Assembly: GCA_009886115.1 (NCBI GenBank)
Contig: VFJJ01000123.1
Location: forward strand, 1-48,244
Length of the DNA stretch: 48,244 nucleotides
From: Actinomycetota bacterium
Lineage (GTDB): Bacteria > Actinomycetota > Acidimicrobiia > IMCC26256 > VFJJ01
Reading direction: 5' to 3'
Position 1 is the stretch's first letter; each line of letters starts with the position of its first letter. A program made the position numbers and the translations under genes. The notes beneath the pieces were generated by a model, which made no database searches, was not told the DNA's origin, and saw nothing but the letters and a program-made list of their open reading frames with translations. Of this stretch, positions 1-8,490 are shown one piece after another.

Positions 1-130
1 CACCTCGACCTCGCTCGACGATGACGATGACGACGATGACGACCGCACCTCGACCTCGCTCGACGATGACGATGACGATGATGACGACCGCACCTCGACC
101 TCGCTCGACGATGACGATGACGATGACGAT
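1..130 (+). repeat. 45-bp tandem repeat, about 3 copies (coding)
   Basis: Units 1-45, 46-90 and 91-~130 start CACCTCGACCTCGCTCGACGATGACGATGA. Confidence 0.9.
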
Positions 131-208
131 GGCGACAACTCGGGTTCGGGCGGTAACTCCGGTTCCGGGAGCGACAACTCGGGCTCGGGGAAGGGCTCCG
201 ACGACTGA
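2..208 (+). CDS. 3' end of a gene (partial at window start) with an acidic low-complexity tail: (TSTSL-D8-9-R)x3 then DNSGSG-type repeats
   Basis: Frame 2 is open from base 2 to TGA at 206-208 and reads TSTSLDDDDDDDDDRTSTSL...GDNSGSGGNSGSGSDNSGSGKGSDD*, with GC-rich third positions. The ORF-track call 21..224 is an off-frame shadow. Confidence 0.75.
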   Translation, partial: TSTSLDDDDDDDDDRTSTSLDDDDDDDDDRTSTSLDDDDDDDDGDNSGSGGNSGSGSDNSGSGKGSDD

Positions 209-233
209 CCCGTCCACGGGGTGATGGCCGCCG

Positions 234-1130
234 ATGTCCCGGCTGTCGTCACCCCTGGTGCATTACCCTGCCCCGGTGCTCGTCGTCGACCAGCTCCCCA
301 GCCTGAACCGACCGGTCTTCGTGGTCGCGTTGTCGGGCTGGGTCGATGCGGGGACGGCGGGTGCCGGGGCTGCGGAGTACCTCGAGAACCTCCTCGTCGA
401 TCCCGTGACCTTCGCCCGGATCGACCTGGCCGACATCGTCGACCTCCAGCACACCCGGCCACAGGTCGGGCTCGACGGCGGTGAGACTCGCATCATCACC
501 TGGCCCGAGATCACCCTGGTGGCTGGCCAGGTGCCCTCGTCCGCCCGGCTCGCTGGTTCGCTCGACAGCCAGCACGTCGTGGTGATCCGGGGTCCTGAGC
601 CGGGCCTGCAGTGGCGGGCGTTCTGCGCCGAGCTGGTCGACCTCGCCCGCTCCGTCGACGCCCGGCTCGCCGTGATGCTCGCGGGGATGCCGGTGGTGGT
701 GTCGCACCGCCGCCCGATCCGGGTGCTGGCGACGGCGACGGCCCGTTCCCTGGCCCAGGAGGTCGAGCCGCTCCGGCCCGACTACGAGGGCCCGACCGGC
801 GTTCAGACGGTCCTCCAGCACGCCTTCGGGGCGGGAGGGGTTGCCGCCGTCGGGCTGTGGGCCCAGGTCCCGCACTATCTCGCCGGTGGCCCGTCGCCGG
901 CCGCCACGGCAGCCCTGATTCGACGGTTGGCCGAGATCGCCTCGCTGGCCGTCGACCCCGTCGATCTGACCGAGACCATCGCCGAGTACCACGTCAAGGT
1001 CGAAGAGACGTTGGGCGAGCGTCCCGACATGGCCGAGTTCGTCGAGCAGCTCGACAGCTCGTCTGACGGTCTGCCGACGGGTGACGAGCTCGCCTCGGAG
1101 ATCGAGCGGTTTCTTCGGGGCGACGAATGA
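234..1130 (+). CDS. PAC2 (proteasome assembly chaperone)-family protein
   Basis: Motifs ALSGWVDAG, GPEP.LQW, HRRP, GLWAQVPHY and C-terminal LPTGDELASEIERFL are typical of actinobacterial PAC2 proteins. Confidence 0.85.
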   Translation: MSRLSSPLVHYPAPVLVVDQLPSLNRPVFVVALSGWVDAGTAGAGAAEYLENLLVDPVTFARIDLADIVDLQHTRPQVGLDGGETRIITWPEITLVAGQVPSSARLAGSLDSQHVVVIRGPEPGLQWRAFCAELVDLARSVDARLAVMLAGMPVVVSHRRPIRVLATATARSLAQEVEPLRPDYEGPTGVQTVLQHAFGAGGVAAVGLWAQVPHYLAGGPSPAATAALIRRLAEIASLAVDPVDLTETIAEYHVKVEETLGERPDMAEFVEQLDSSSDGLPTGDELASEIERFLRGDE

Positions 1131-1151
1131 CGAAGTTTCTCCCGAAGTCCG

Positions 1152-1178
1152 CTCAAGTTCGTCGATCAGGGTGCCGAT
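1152..1178 (+). promoter_or_regulatory. Putative sigma-28 (FliA/WhiG)-type promoter, CTCA-N17-GCCGAT
   Basis: CTCA at 1152-1155 and GCCGAT at 1173-1178 match the actinobacterial FliA-type consensus CTCA-N15-17-GCCGA(A/T). Confidence 0.55.
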
Positions 1179-1253
1179 CCCTCCTAGGGGGATTCAACCT
1201 TGTGGAATACCCCCCTTCGGCCGTGCCCGGCGAGGACGCGAGGTGACGGAGCA

Positions 1254-1586
1254 GTGAGCAAGCGAATAGATTCCCGCTGTCCCACCTGCGGGCCGCTCGT
1301 CGTCGACGCCGGTTCGGTCGATGTTCACCACGACCAGGCGCGCGGCGTTGCCCGCTATTCGTTCCGTTGCGCCAGTTGCAGCGAGGTGATCGTCGGCGAC
1401 CTCCACGAGGCCATCGTGCCGCTGCTCGTGCAGGCTGGAGCGCAGGTCACCGTGGTGTGCCGCTCGCCCGAGCTTCCCGAGGGGGAGCGGATCGACGCGC
1501 CGATCACCGAGATGCACGTCGCCGCGGCCGTCGCGCTGCTCGATCGGGTCGACCCCATCGCCGCGCTCCTGGCCATCGACGGCTGA
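1254..1586 (+). CDS. Small conserved hypothetical protein with two CxxC motifs (zinc-ribbon-like)
   Basis: GTG at 1254 follows GAGGTGACGGAG; the protein contains CPTCG and YSFRCASC. Confidence 0.7.
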   Translation: MSKRIDSRCPTCGPLVVDAGSVDVHHDQARGVARYSFRCASCSEVIVGDLHEAIVPLLVQAGAQVTVVCRSPELPEGERIDAPITEMHVAAAVALLDRVDPIAALLAIDG

Positions 1587-1625
1587 GTCACCCTCGACGC
1601 TTCGAACAGCTCGGCGCGGCCGGGC

Positions 1626-2483
1626 TCAGGTGACGGCGAGCCCGAGGTTCGCGTACACCTCACGCGTGGCGCTCGAACGGTTGAGCGTGTAGAAGTGCAA
1701 CCCCGGTGCGCCCCCTTCGAGGAGCTCGGCGCACAGCTCGGTAGCGGCTTCGACACCGATGCGCCGCACGTCGTCGGGAGTGGCGCCAGCGCGGAGGCGC
1801 TCGACGAGAGCGCTCGGAACCGCGGCACCCGACATGGCGGCCATGCGCTCGATCGAGGCCAGGTTCGTGATCGGCATGACGCCGGGGATGACGGGCTTGG
1901 TGGCGCCCAGGGCGGCCAGCTCGTCGACGAGTCGGCGATAGTCGTCGGCCCGGAAGAAGAACTGGGTGATGGCGAAGTCGGCCGTCGACAACTTGGTGGC
2001 CAGGTTGCGGCGATCGCTCGCCCGGTCAGGTGAACGCGGATGCACCTCCGGGTGGGCCGCGACACCGATCGAGAACGGGCCGACGCCACGCACCAGCTCG
2101 ACGAGCTCGTGAGCATTCGCGAGATCGGACTTCGGGGCATCGAGATCCTGGGGTGGATCGCCTCCCAGGGCCAGGATGTTCTCGACGCCCTCGTCGCGGT
2201 AACGGGCCACGATGTCGACCAGCTCGGCGCGGGTGTGAGCCACACAGGTCAGGTGGGCCATGGGCGTCATGGCTCCGGCCCGGAGGATCGAGGTCACGAT
2301 CTCGTGGGTACGTTGCCGGGTGGAGCCACCGGCTCCATAGGTCACCGACACGAACGATGGCCGCAACGGGGCCAGCTCGCCGAGCGTGGTCACGAGCTGG
2401 ATCGCCGCCTGCTCGGTCTGGGGTGGGAAGAACTCGAAGGAGAATGTGCGTCCTCGAGCGAGAAGGTCGGTGATGTTGGCCAT
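1626..2483 (-). CDS. metF: 5,10-methylenetetrahydrofolate reductase
   Basis: SFEFFPP, SVTYGAGG, AHLTC, LALGGDPP, AITQFFF and LHFYTLN motifs; start at MANITDLL. Confidence 0.95.
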   Translation of the reverse strand: MANITDLLARGRTFSFEFFPPQTEQAAIQLVTTLGELAPLRPSFVSVTYGAGGSTRQRTHEIVTSILRAGAMTPMAHLTCVAHTRAELVDIVARYRDEGVENILALGGDPPQDLDAPKSDLANAHELVELVRGVGPFSIGVAAHPEVHPRSPDRASDRRNLATKLSTADFAITQFFFRADDYRRLVDELAALGATKPVIPGVMPITNLASIERMAAMSGAAVPSALVERLRAGATPDDVRRIGVEAATELCAELLEGGAPGLHFYTLNRSSATREVYANLGLAVT

Positions 2484-2552
2484 GCCCGAGAGTCTCGCGC
2501 TCGCGCCGGCGCGAGCCGGGTCTCGAGTGCCGCCTGCGCTAGAACCATCCTC

Positions 2553-2966
2553 ATGTCGGTCGTGGAGATCAACGCCCTCATGCTCGCGGTCGGTTCGGCA
2601 ACGCGGCATGCGCTCGACATCCACGCGTGGTGGGGGTGGGTCGCCATCGTGGCCAACGGCGCCGCGGGGGTCGTTGGCCTGGTGCTGTGGAGGCACTGGC
2701 AGTGGCGCGGACGCTGGTACTGGTGGATGTGCGCGACGGCCCAGGCGATCATGCTCGTCCAGGTGTTCCTGGGTGTGGTGGTCGTCTCCGACGAATCGAT
2801 CGTGGCGCCGCGCTTTCACATGTTCTACGGGTTCGTCGCGTTCATCACCGTCGGGCTCGTGTACTCGTACCGTGTGCAGCTCCCGGGGAGGGTGGAGATG
2901 CTCTACGGCTTCACCGGGCTGTTCATCATGGGCCTCGGTCTGCGGGCCTGGTTGCAGGTGGCCTGA
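2553..2966 (+). CDS. Hypothetical integral membrane protein (about 4 TM)
   Basis: Four hydrophobic segments; its stop overlaps the ddl start (TGATG). Confidence 0.7.
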   Translation: MSVVEINALMLAVGSATRHALDIHAWWGWVAIVANGAAGVVGLVLWRHWQWRGRWYWWMCATAQAIMLVQVFLGVVVVSDESIVAPRFHMFYGFVAFITVGLVYSYRVQLPGRVEMLYGFTGLFIMGLGLRAWLQVA

Positions 2967-4084
2967 TGGCCGGCCATGGACGTCGCCTGCGGGTGATGCT
3001 GCTGTTTGGTGGCCGCTCGGCCGAGCACGACGTGTCGCGCGTCTCTGCCGTGTCGGTGGGCCGGGCGCTCGATCCGGCCCGGTTCATCGTGGAGCCCATC
3101 GGCATCACCCGCGAGGGCCTCTGGGTGCGCGCTGACGCGGCCCGTGAGCTCCTGGCCGATCACGCGCAAGCCCTCCCCGAGGGTCTCCCGATGGAGGGCC
3201 GGCTCATCGGTGGCGGTACCACGCTCCCGGGCCCGGACCTGTTCGGCCCAGGCACAGCCGACCCCAACGGCCAGCCGGTCGACGTGGTGATCCCGCTCCT
3301 GCACGGCCCCTACGGCGAGGACGGGACCATCCAGGGGCTGCTCGAGATCGCCGGGGTGGCCTACGTGGGCTCGGGGGTGCTCGGCTCGGCGTTGGCGATG
3401 GACAAGGTCTCGATGAAGCGGGCCTTCCTGGCCTGCGGTATCCCGACCCCGAGGTTCATCGACTTCCGCGAGTGGGATGTCGGACCGGCGCTCATCGCCC
3501 GCATCGAACGTGAGCTCGGGTACCCGTGCTTCGTCAAGCCGGCCAACATGGGATCGTCGATCGGGGTGTCGAAGGTCGTCGATCGCGCTGGCCTGGCTGG
3601 TGCCATCGCCCTGGCCCTGGAGCTCGACGAGTACGGGATCGTCGAAGAAGCGGTGACCGGGCGGGAGATAGAGGTCGGGGTCCTGGGTGATCACCCGCCG
3701 ATGGCCTCCGTGCCGGGCGAGATCGTGCCGGGCGCCGAGTTCTACACCTACGACGACAAGTACCTCGACGGGCTGGCCCAGCTGATCGCACCGGCCGCTC
3801 TCGGCCCTGCCGACATGGCCGAGGTGCGGCGACTCGCCATCGAGGCGTTCGTGGCCTGTCGCTGCGATGCCATGGCCCGGGTCGACTTCTTCTTCGAGGA
3901 GGGCGGTCGGGGCTTCGTGTGCAACGAGGTGAACACCATCCCCGGGTTCACGGCGATCTCGATGTATCCCCGCGTGTGGCAGGAGTCGGGAGTGAGCTAC
4001 CCCGAGCTGGTCGAGCGGCTCGTGGAGCTGGCCATCGAGCGCCACCAGCGTCGCATGCGTCGGGCCGGAGCCCCGCGTCGGTGA
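2966..4084 (+). CDS. ddl: D-alanine--D-alanine ligase
   Basis: LFGGRSAEHDVS, PLLHGPYGEDGTIQG, FVKPANMGSSIG, FYTYDDKY and NEVNTIPGFT motifs. Confidence 0.95.
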   Translation: MAGHGRRLRVMLLFGGRSAEHDVSRVSAVSVGRALDPARFIVEPIGITREGLWVRADAARELLADHAQALPEGLPMEGRLIGGGTTLPGPDLFGPGTADPNGQPVDVVIPLLHGPYGEDGTIQGLLEIAGVAYVGSGVLGSALAMDKVSMKRAFLACGIPTPRFIDFREWDVGPALIARIERELGYPCFVKPANMGSSIGVSKVVDRAGLAGAIALALELDEYGIVEEAVTGREIEVGVLGDHPPMASVPGEIVPGAEFYTYDDKYLDGLAQLIAPAALGPADMAEVRRLAIEAFVACRCDAMARVDFFFEEGGRGFVCNEVNTIPGFTAISMYPRVWQESGVSYPELVERLVELAIERHQRRMRRAGAPRR

Positions 4085-4103
4085 GCCCTCGACGCCCGAT
4101 ACC

Positions 4104-4145
4104 CTGCTGCCTGCTGCCCGCTGCCCGCTGCCCGCTGCCCGCTAC
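4104..4145. repeat. Heptanucleotide tandem repeat, six units C(T/C)GCT(G/A)C
   Basis: CTGCTGC x2, CCGCTGC x3, CCGCTAC between convergent genes. Confidence 0.85.
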
Positions 4146-4152
4146 ACGGCCG

Positions 4153-4389
4153 TCACAGGTGGACGATGGGGCAGGTCAAGGTGCGGGTGATGCCGTCGAC
4201 GAGCTGGATCTTGGAGACGACCATCTTGCCCAGGTCGTCGACGGAGTCGGCCTCGGTCTTGGCGATCACGTCGTAGGGTCCGGTCACGTCCTCGGCCGAC
4301 AAGACGCCGGAGATGGCTCGGATCGACGTCGCGACGTGGGCCGCTTTGCCCACCTCGGTTTGGATCAGCACGTACGCCTGGACCGACAT
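4153..4389 (-). CDS. Lrp/AsnC ligand-binding-domain protein
   Basis: VQAYVLIQTEVGK, VTGPYDVI and GITRTLTCP motifs; GGAGG RBS upstream. Confidence 0.9.
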   Translation of the reverse strand: MSVQAYVLIQTEVGKAAHVATSIRAISGVLSAEDVTGPYDVIAKTEADSVDDLGKMVVSKIQLVDGITRTLTCPIVHL

Positions 4390-4479
4390 CGGACCTCCCG
4401 GAGGGTTTCGGATGCGTCACACTAGCGCCGGCTCCGTGACGGGGCCCGGGGAACGCCCGAGGTGGGCTCCGACGTCGAA

Positions 4480-6276
4480 TCAGTCCTGCGCGAGCCGCTT
4501 CTCGAGGTCGCGCAGCTGATCGGTGAGCGCTCCCGGCATGTTCTCGCCCAGTGTGCCGTAGTACTCCTCGATGAGCGGGATCTCGTGGCGCCACTCGTCC
4601 TCGTCGACGGCGAGGAGCTGCCCGAGCTGATCGGGGGAGATCGCCAGACCATCGAGATCGAGGGACTCCGGTGCGGGCACCCAGCCGATGGGCGTCTCGA
4701 CGGCCGAGCCGGCGTCGGTGACACGCTGCACGATCCACTTCACGACCCGGCTGTTGTCGCCGAAGCCGGGCCAGAGGAACGAGCCGTCGGCGCCCCTGCG
4801 GAACCAGTTCACGTAGAAGATCTGGGGGAGCTTGGCCGGATCGGCGCCGGCGCCGATCTCCAGCCAGTGTGCGAGGTAGCCGGCCATGTCGTAGCCGCAG
4901 AACGGCAACATGGCGAACGGGTCGCGTCGCACGATTCCCACGCCGCCCGATTGCGCTGCCGTCGTCTCGGACGAGACGACCGATCCGAGGAAGACCCCGT
5001 GCTCCCATGAGGCCGCCTGGGTGACGAGGGGGATGGTCGACGCCCGACGACCGCCGAAGAGGATCGCCGAGATCGGAACGCCTGCCGGGTCTTCCCACTC
5101 GGGGGCGATCGACGGGCATTGGCTCGCCGCCACCGTGAAGCGGGCGTTGGGATGCGCAGCCGGGGTTCCCGAGGCGGGCGTCCAGTCCTGACCACGCCAA
5201 TCGGTGAGGTGCGCCGGAGTCTCGCCATCCATACCTTCCCACCAGACGTCGCCGTCGTCGGTGAGCGCGGTGTTCGTGAAGATGCAGTTGGCGCGGAGGG
5301 TCTCGAGGGCATTGGGATTGGTCGTGGCCGAGGTACCGGGCGCGACCCCGAAGAAACCGGCCTCGGGGTTGATCGCGTAGAGGCGTCCGTCGGCCCCGAA
5401 CTTCATCCACGCGATGTCGTCGCCGACCGTCTCGATCTTCCATCCTGCGATCGTGGGGACCATCATCGCCATGTTCGTCTTGCCGCACGCCGACGGGAAC
5501 GCAGCGGCGATGTAGCGCTTCTCCCCGTTGGGAGGCGTGACGCCGAGGATCAGCATGTGCTCGGCCAGCCAACCCTCGTCGCGAGCCATCACCGAGGCGA
5601 TCCGGAGCGCGAAGCACTTCTTGCCGAGCAGCGCGTTGCCGCCGTACCCCGAGCCGTACGACCAGATCTCGCGGGGCTCGGGGAAGTGCACGATGTACTT
5701 GCGGTCGGGATCGCACGGCCAGGCGACGTCGGCCTCTCCGTCGGCGAGAGGCTTGCCGACGGAGTGCAGGCAGCGCACGAACTCGCCGTCACCGAGGGTG
5801 TCGAGCACCGACTGGCCCATGCGGGTCATGATCCTCATGGAGGCGGCGACGTACGGGGAGTCGGTGAGCTGCACGCCGATGTGGGCGATCGGGCTGCCGA
5901 GCGGGCCCATCGAGAACGGCACCACGTACATGGTGCGGCCCCGCATCGACCCGGTGAAGAGCGCGGTGAGCTCGGTGCGCATCTCGGCCGGCGGGCGCCA
6001 GTTGTTGGTGGGACCGGCCGCCTCGGCGGTCGCTGAGCAGATGAAGGTGCGATCCTCGACGCGAGCGACGTCACCCGGATCGGAGCGGGCCCAGAAGCTG
6101 TTGGGACGAAGCTGCTCGTTGAGCGGTGTGAACGTGCCGGCCGCGACGAGCTCCGCGGTGAGCCGGTCGTACTCGCTCTGGGAGCCATCGCACCAGACCA
6201 CGTGGTTCGGCTCGAAAATCCCGGCCCAGGTTTCGACCCAATCGAGCAGCGGACGATTGCTCGTCGTCGCAGCCAT
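4480..6276 (-). CDS. pckG: Phosphoenolpyruvate carboxykinase (GTP)
   Basis: [40 protein letters not shown] and [11 protein letters not shown] motifs. Confidence 0.97.
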   Translation of the reverse strand: MAATTSNRPLLDWVETWAGIFEPNHVVWCDGSQSEYDRLTAELVAAGTFTPLNEQLRPNSFWARSDPGDVARVEDRTFICSATAEAAGPTNNWRPPAEMRTELTALFTGSMRGRTMYVVPFSMGPLGSPIAHIGVQLTDSPYVAASMRIMTRMGQSVLDTLGDGEFVRCLHSVGKPLADGEADVAWPCDPDRKYIVHFPEPREIWSYGSGYGGNALLGKKCFALRIASVMARDEGWLAEHMLILGVTPPNGEKRYIAAAFPSACGKTNMAMMVPTIAGWKIETVGDDIAWMKFGADGRLYAINPEAGFFGVAPGTSATTNPNALETLRANCIFTNTALTDDGDVWWEGMDGETPAHLTDWRGQDWTPASGTPAAHPNARFTVAASQCPSIAPEWEDPAGVPISAILFGGRRASTIPLVTQAASWEHGVFLGSVVSSETTAAQSGGVGIVRRDPFAMLPFCGYDMAGYLAHWLEIGAGADPAKLPQIFYVNWFRRGADGSFLWPGFGDNSRVVKWIVQRVTDAGSAVETPIGWVPAPESLDLDGLAISPDQLGQLLAVDEDEWRHEIPLIEEYYGTLGENMPGALTDQLRDLEKRLAQD

Positions 6277-6470
6277 CTGCGCTCCTTCCGGCGCCCCGTC
6301 GCGCCGTCACCGGACCGTTCATCCATTGCGGCGAACGGCCTCCAAGAGGTCCGAGGATGGTACTTGTCGGCGACCCGACCCGAGGAACGGCCCGCGCTCG
6401 CCGGCTGAACCTCCGAGGCATTCGGCCCGATCGAGATCGCGTGGTCGTCGTCGCGGCGATCGCGCCGGCC

Positions 6471-6695
6471 TCAGCCGGGGCGGGGCAGCCCCATGTCGAC
6501 CTCGGCGCCTGTGCGGAGCCGGCGGGCGTGACCATCGTCGTCGAGGTCGAACACCACCCGCTGACCCTGTCGCAGCATCCGGAAGATCGACCCGTCGAGC
6601 GCGTCGCCCGCCAGGAGGTACTCCGTTCGGTCGAGGTCACGCACGACGATGCCCTCGCCGGTGGTCGGATCGTAGGCCTTGATCACACCCTGCAT
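6471..6695 (-). CDS. Small cold-shock/OB-fold-domain protein
   Basis: MQGVIKAYDP..GEG and FRMLRQGQRVVF motifs; TACGCT lies 7 nt before the ATG. Confidence 0.75.
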   Translation of the reverse strand: MQGVIKAYDPTTGEGIVVRDLDRTEYLLAGDALDGSIFRMLRQGQRVVFDLDDDGHARRLRTGAEVDMGLPRPG

Positions 6696-6789
6696 GATCC
6701 CGAGCGTAGTAGCGACCCGAACCCGGTTCTCGGCTCGACCCAGGCGCACGAGGGCCGTCCCAGGCGACGGGTACGCTTCGGAGGTGACC

Positions 6790-8454
6790 GTGCTCGACAC
6801 GCTGGCCGCCGACGATGTCTCCCGGGTCACCGTGTGCTTTCGCGACGCGCTCCGCGACCATCAGGACGAGCTGAACCGCCTCAACGTGTACCCCGTCCCC
6901 GACGGCGACACCGGCACCAACATGGCCTTGACGATCGAGTCGGTGGTGGCCGAGCTCGTCGGCGCCGACGACATGGGCTCGGTGTGCGCGGCCCTCGCGC
7001 ACGGCTCGCTCATGGGCGCCCGGGGCAACTCGGGCGTGATCTCGAGCCAGGTGTTGCGGGGCTTGGCCGAGACCTGGCGTGAGCGCAGACAGGTGCGGGC
7101 CCGCGACATCGCGACGGCGTTGCGTCGGGCCACCGATGCGGCCTACGACGCCGTGCTCAGGCCCGTCGAGGGCACCATCCTCACCGTGGTGCGCAAGGCG
7201 GCTGAGGCGTGCGAGGCTCGACTGGCCGATGTCGACAACGCTGGTGTCGATCCTCCCTTGGGGGAGATGGTCGAGGTGGCGTCGAACGCCGCTGCGCGGG
7301 CGCTGGCCGAGACGCCCGATCAGCTCAGCGTCCTCGCTGAGGCCGGGGTGGTCGACGCCGGCGGCAAGGGCTTCACGCTCCTGCTCGACGCGCTCCGTCA
7401 TGTGGTGGGCGGGCGACCCGTGCCTCGTTCAGCCCCGGCGCCGTCGACCGGTGTCGACGCGGCCCGTCCCACAGCGGTCGCGGCCGGCGCGGGTTCGTCC
7501 GACATGGTCGGCTCGGCCCGCTACGAGGTGATGTTCCTGCTCGACGGGCCGTCGACGGCGCCGTCGGGGCTCAGGCGGGCGTGGGATGCCATCGGCGAGT
7601 CGATCGTCGTCACGGGGGGCGAGGGTGTGTACAGCTGTCACGTCCACACCGACGACATCGGGGCCGCGATCGAGGCCGGGATCGCGCTGGGGCGCCCGCA
7701 TCGTATCCGGATCACCGACCTGCACGATGAGGCCGGCGCCGATGTCGCCGATCCTGTGCCCGCGCCGCCTCGGGCGGTCTCGGCTCCTGGTATGAGCGCC
7801 GTGGTCGCGGTGGCGGCCGGAACGGGTGTCGCTGAGCTGTTCCGGACGCTCGGGGCGGCGGTGGTCGTCCCGGGCGGACAGACCATGAACCCGTCGACGG
7901 CCGACCTGCTCGTGGCCGTGCGCTCGGCCGGCGCCGAGCACGTCATCGTGCTGCCGAACAACAAGAACATCGTGGCCGTCGCGTCCCAGCTCGCCGGCCT
8001 CGTCGAGCTCGCCGGGCAGACGGTGCACGTCGTGGCGACCCACTCGGTGGCCGCGGGTCTCTCAGCCATGGTGGCCTTCGACGCCGCGACGTCCGGGGCC
8101 GCCAATCGCCAGAGCATGGGCGACGCTGCATCGCGAACCCGAACCGCCGAGGTCACGCGCGCGGTACGTGCTGCCTCCACCGAGGTCGGTGTCGTCACCG
8201 AGGGACAGTGGATGGCCTTGGCCGAGGAGCACATCGTCGGGGTCGCCGATGACGCAGTCGCCGCCGTGCTCGCGGCGCTCACGCCCCTGGTCGAGGACCG
8301 CACCGAGCTCCTCACCGTGATCGTGGGCGCCGACACCGATGCCATGCTCGTCGACGGGGTTCGCCGAGCGATCGCCGAGGCCTGGCCGGCGGTCGCCATC
8401 GAGGTGCACGACGGCGGGCAACCCCACTACCCGTTCGTCATCGGCGTCGAGTAG
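6790..8454 (+). CDS. DAK2-domain protein (fatty acid kinase FakA-like)
   Basis: LNVYPVPDGDTGTNM, GARGNSGVI, PVEGTILTV, VVDAGGKG, GGQTMNPST and GGQPHY motifs; GGAGG RBS before GTG 6790. Confidence 0.9.
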   Translation: MLDTLAADDVSRVTVCFRDALRDHQDELNRLNVYPVPDGDTGTNMALTIESVVAELVGADDMGSVCAALAHGSLMGARGNSGVISSQVLRGLAETWRERRQVRARDIATALRRATDAAYDAVLRPVEGTILTVVRKAAEACEARLADVDNAGVDPPLGEMVEVASNAAARALAETPDQLSVLAEAGVVDAGGKGFTLLLDALRHVVGGRPVPRSAPAPSTGVDAARPTAVAAGAGSSDMVGSARYEVMFLLDGPSTAPSGLRRAWDAIGESIVVTGGEGVYSCHVHTDDIGAAIEAGIALGRPHRIRITDLHDEAGADVADPVPAPPRAVSAPGMSAVVAVAAGTGVAELFRTLGAAVVVPGGQTMNPSTADLLVAVRSAGAEHVIVLPNNKNIVAVASQLAGLVELAGQTVHVVATHSVAAGLSAMVAFDAATSGAANRQSMGDAASRTRTAEVTRAVRAASTEVGVVTEGQWMALAEEHIVGVADDAVAAVLAALTPLVEDRTELLTVIVGADTDAMLVDGVRRAIAEAWPAVAIEVHDGGQPHYPFVIGVE

Positions 8455-8490
8455 GCGTCGGGCCGCTCCGTCGGACATCGGGGACTCGTC

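Noticed and set aside
1..130. Repeats as a CRISPR array
   Set aside because: Contiguous coding tandem repeats with no unique spacers and no cas genes.
21..224. ORF-track protein MTMTTMTT... (67 aa)
   Set aside because: Off-frame reading of the GAC/GAT poly-Asp repeat; frame 2 has the normal codon pattern.
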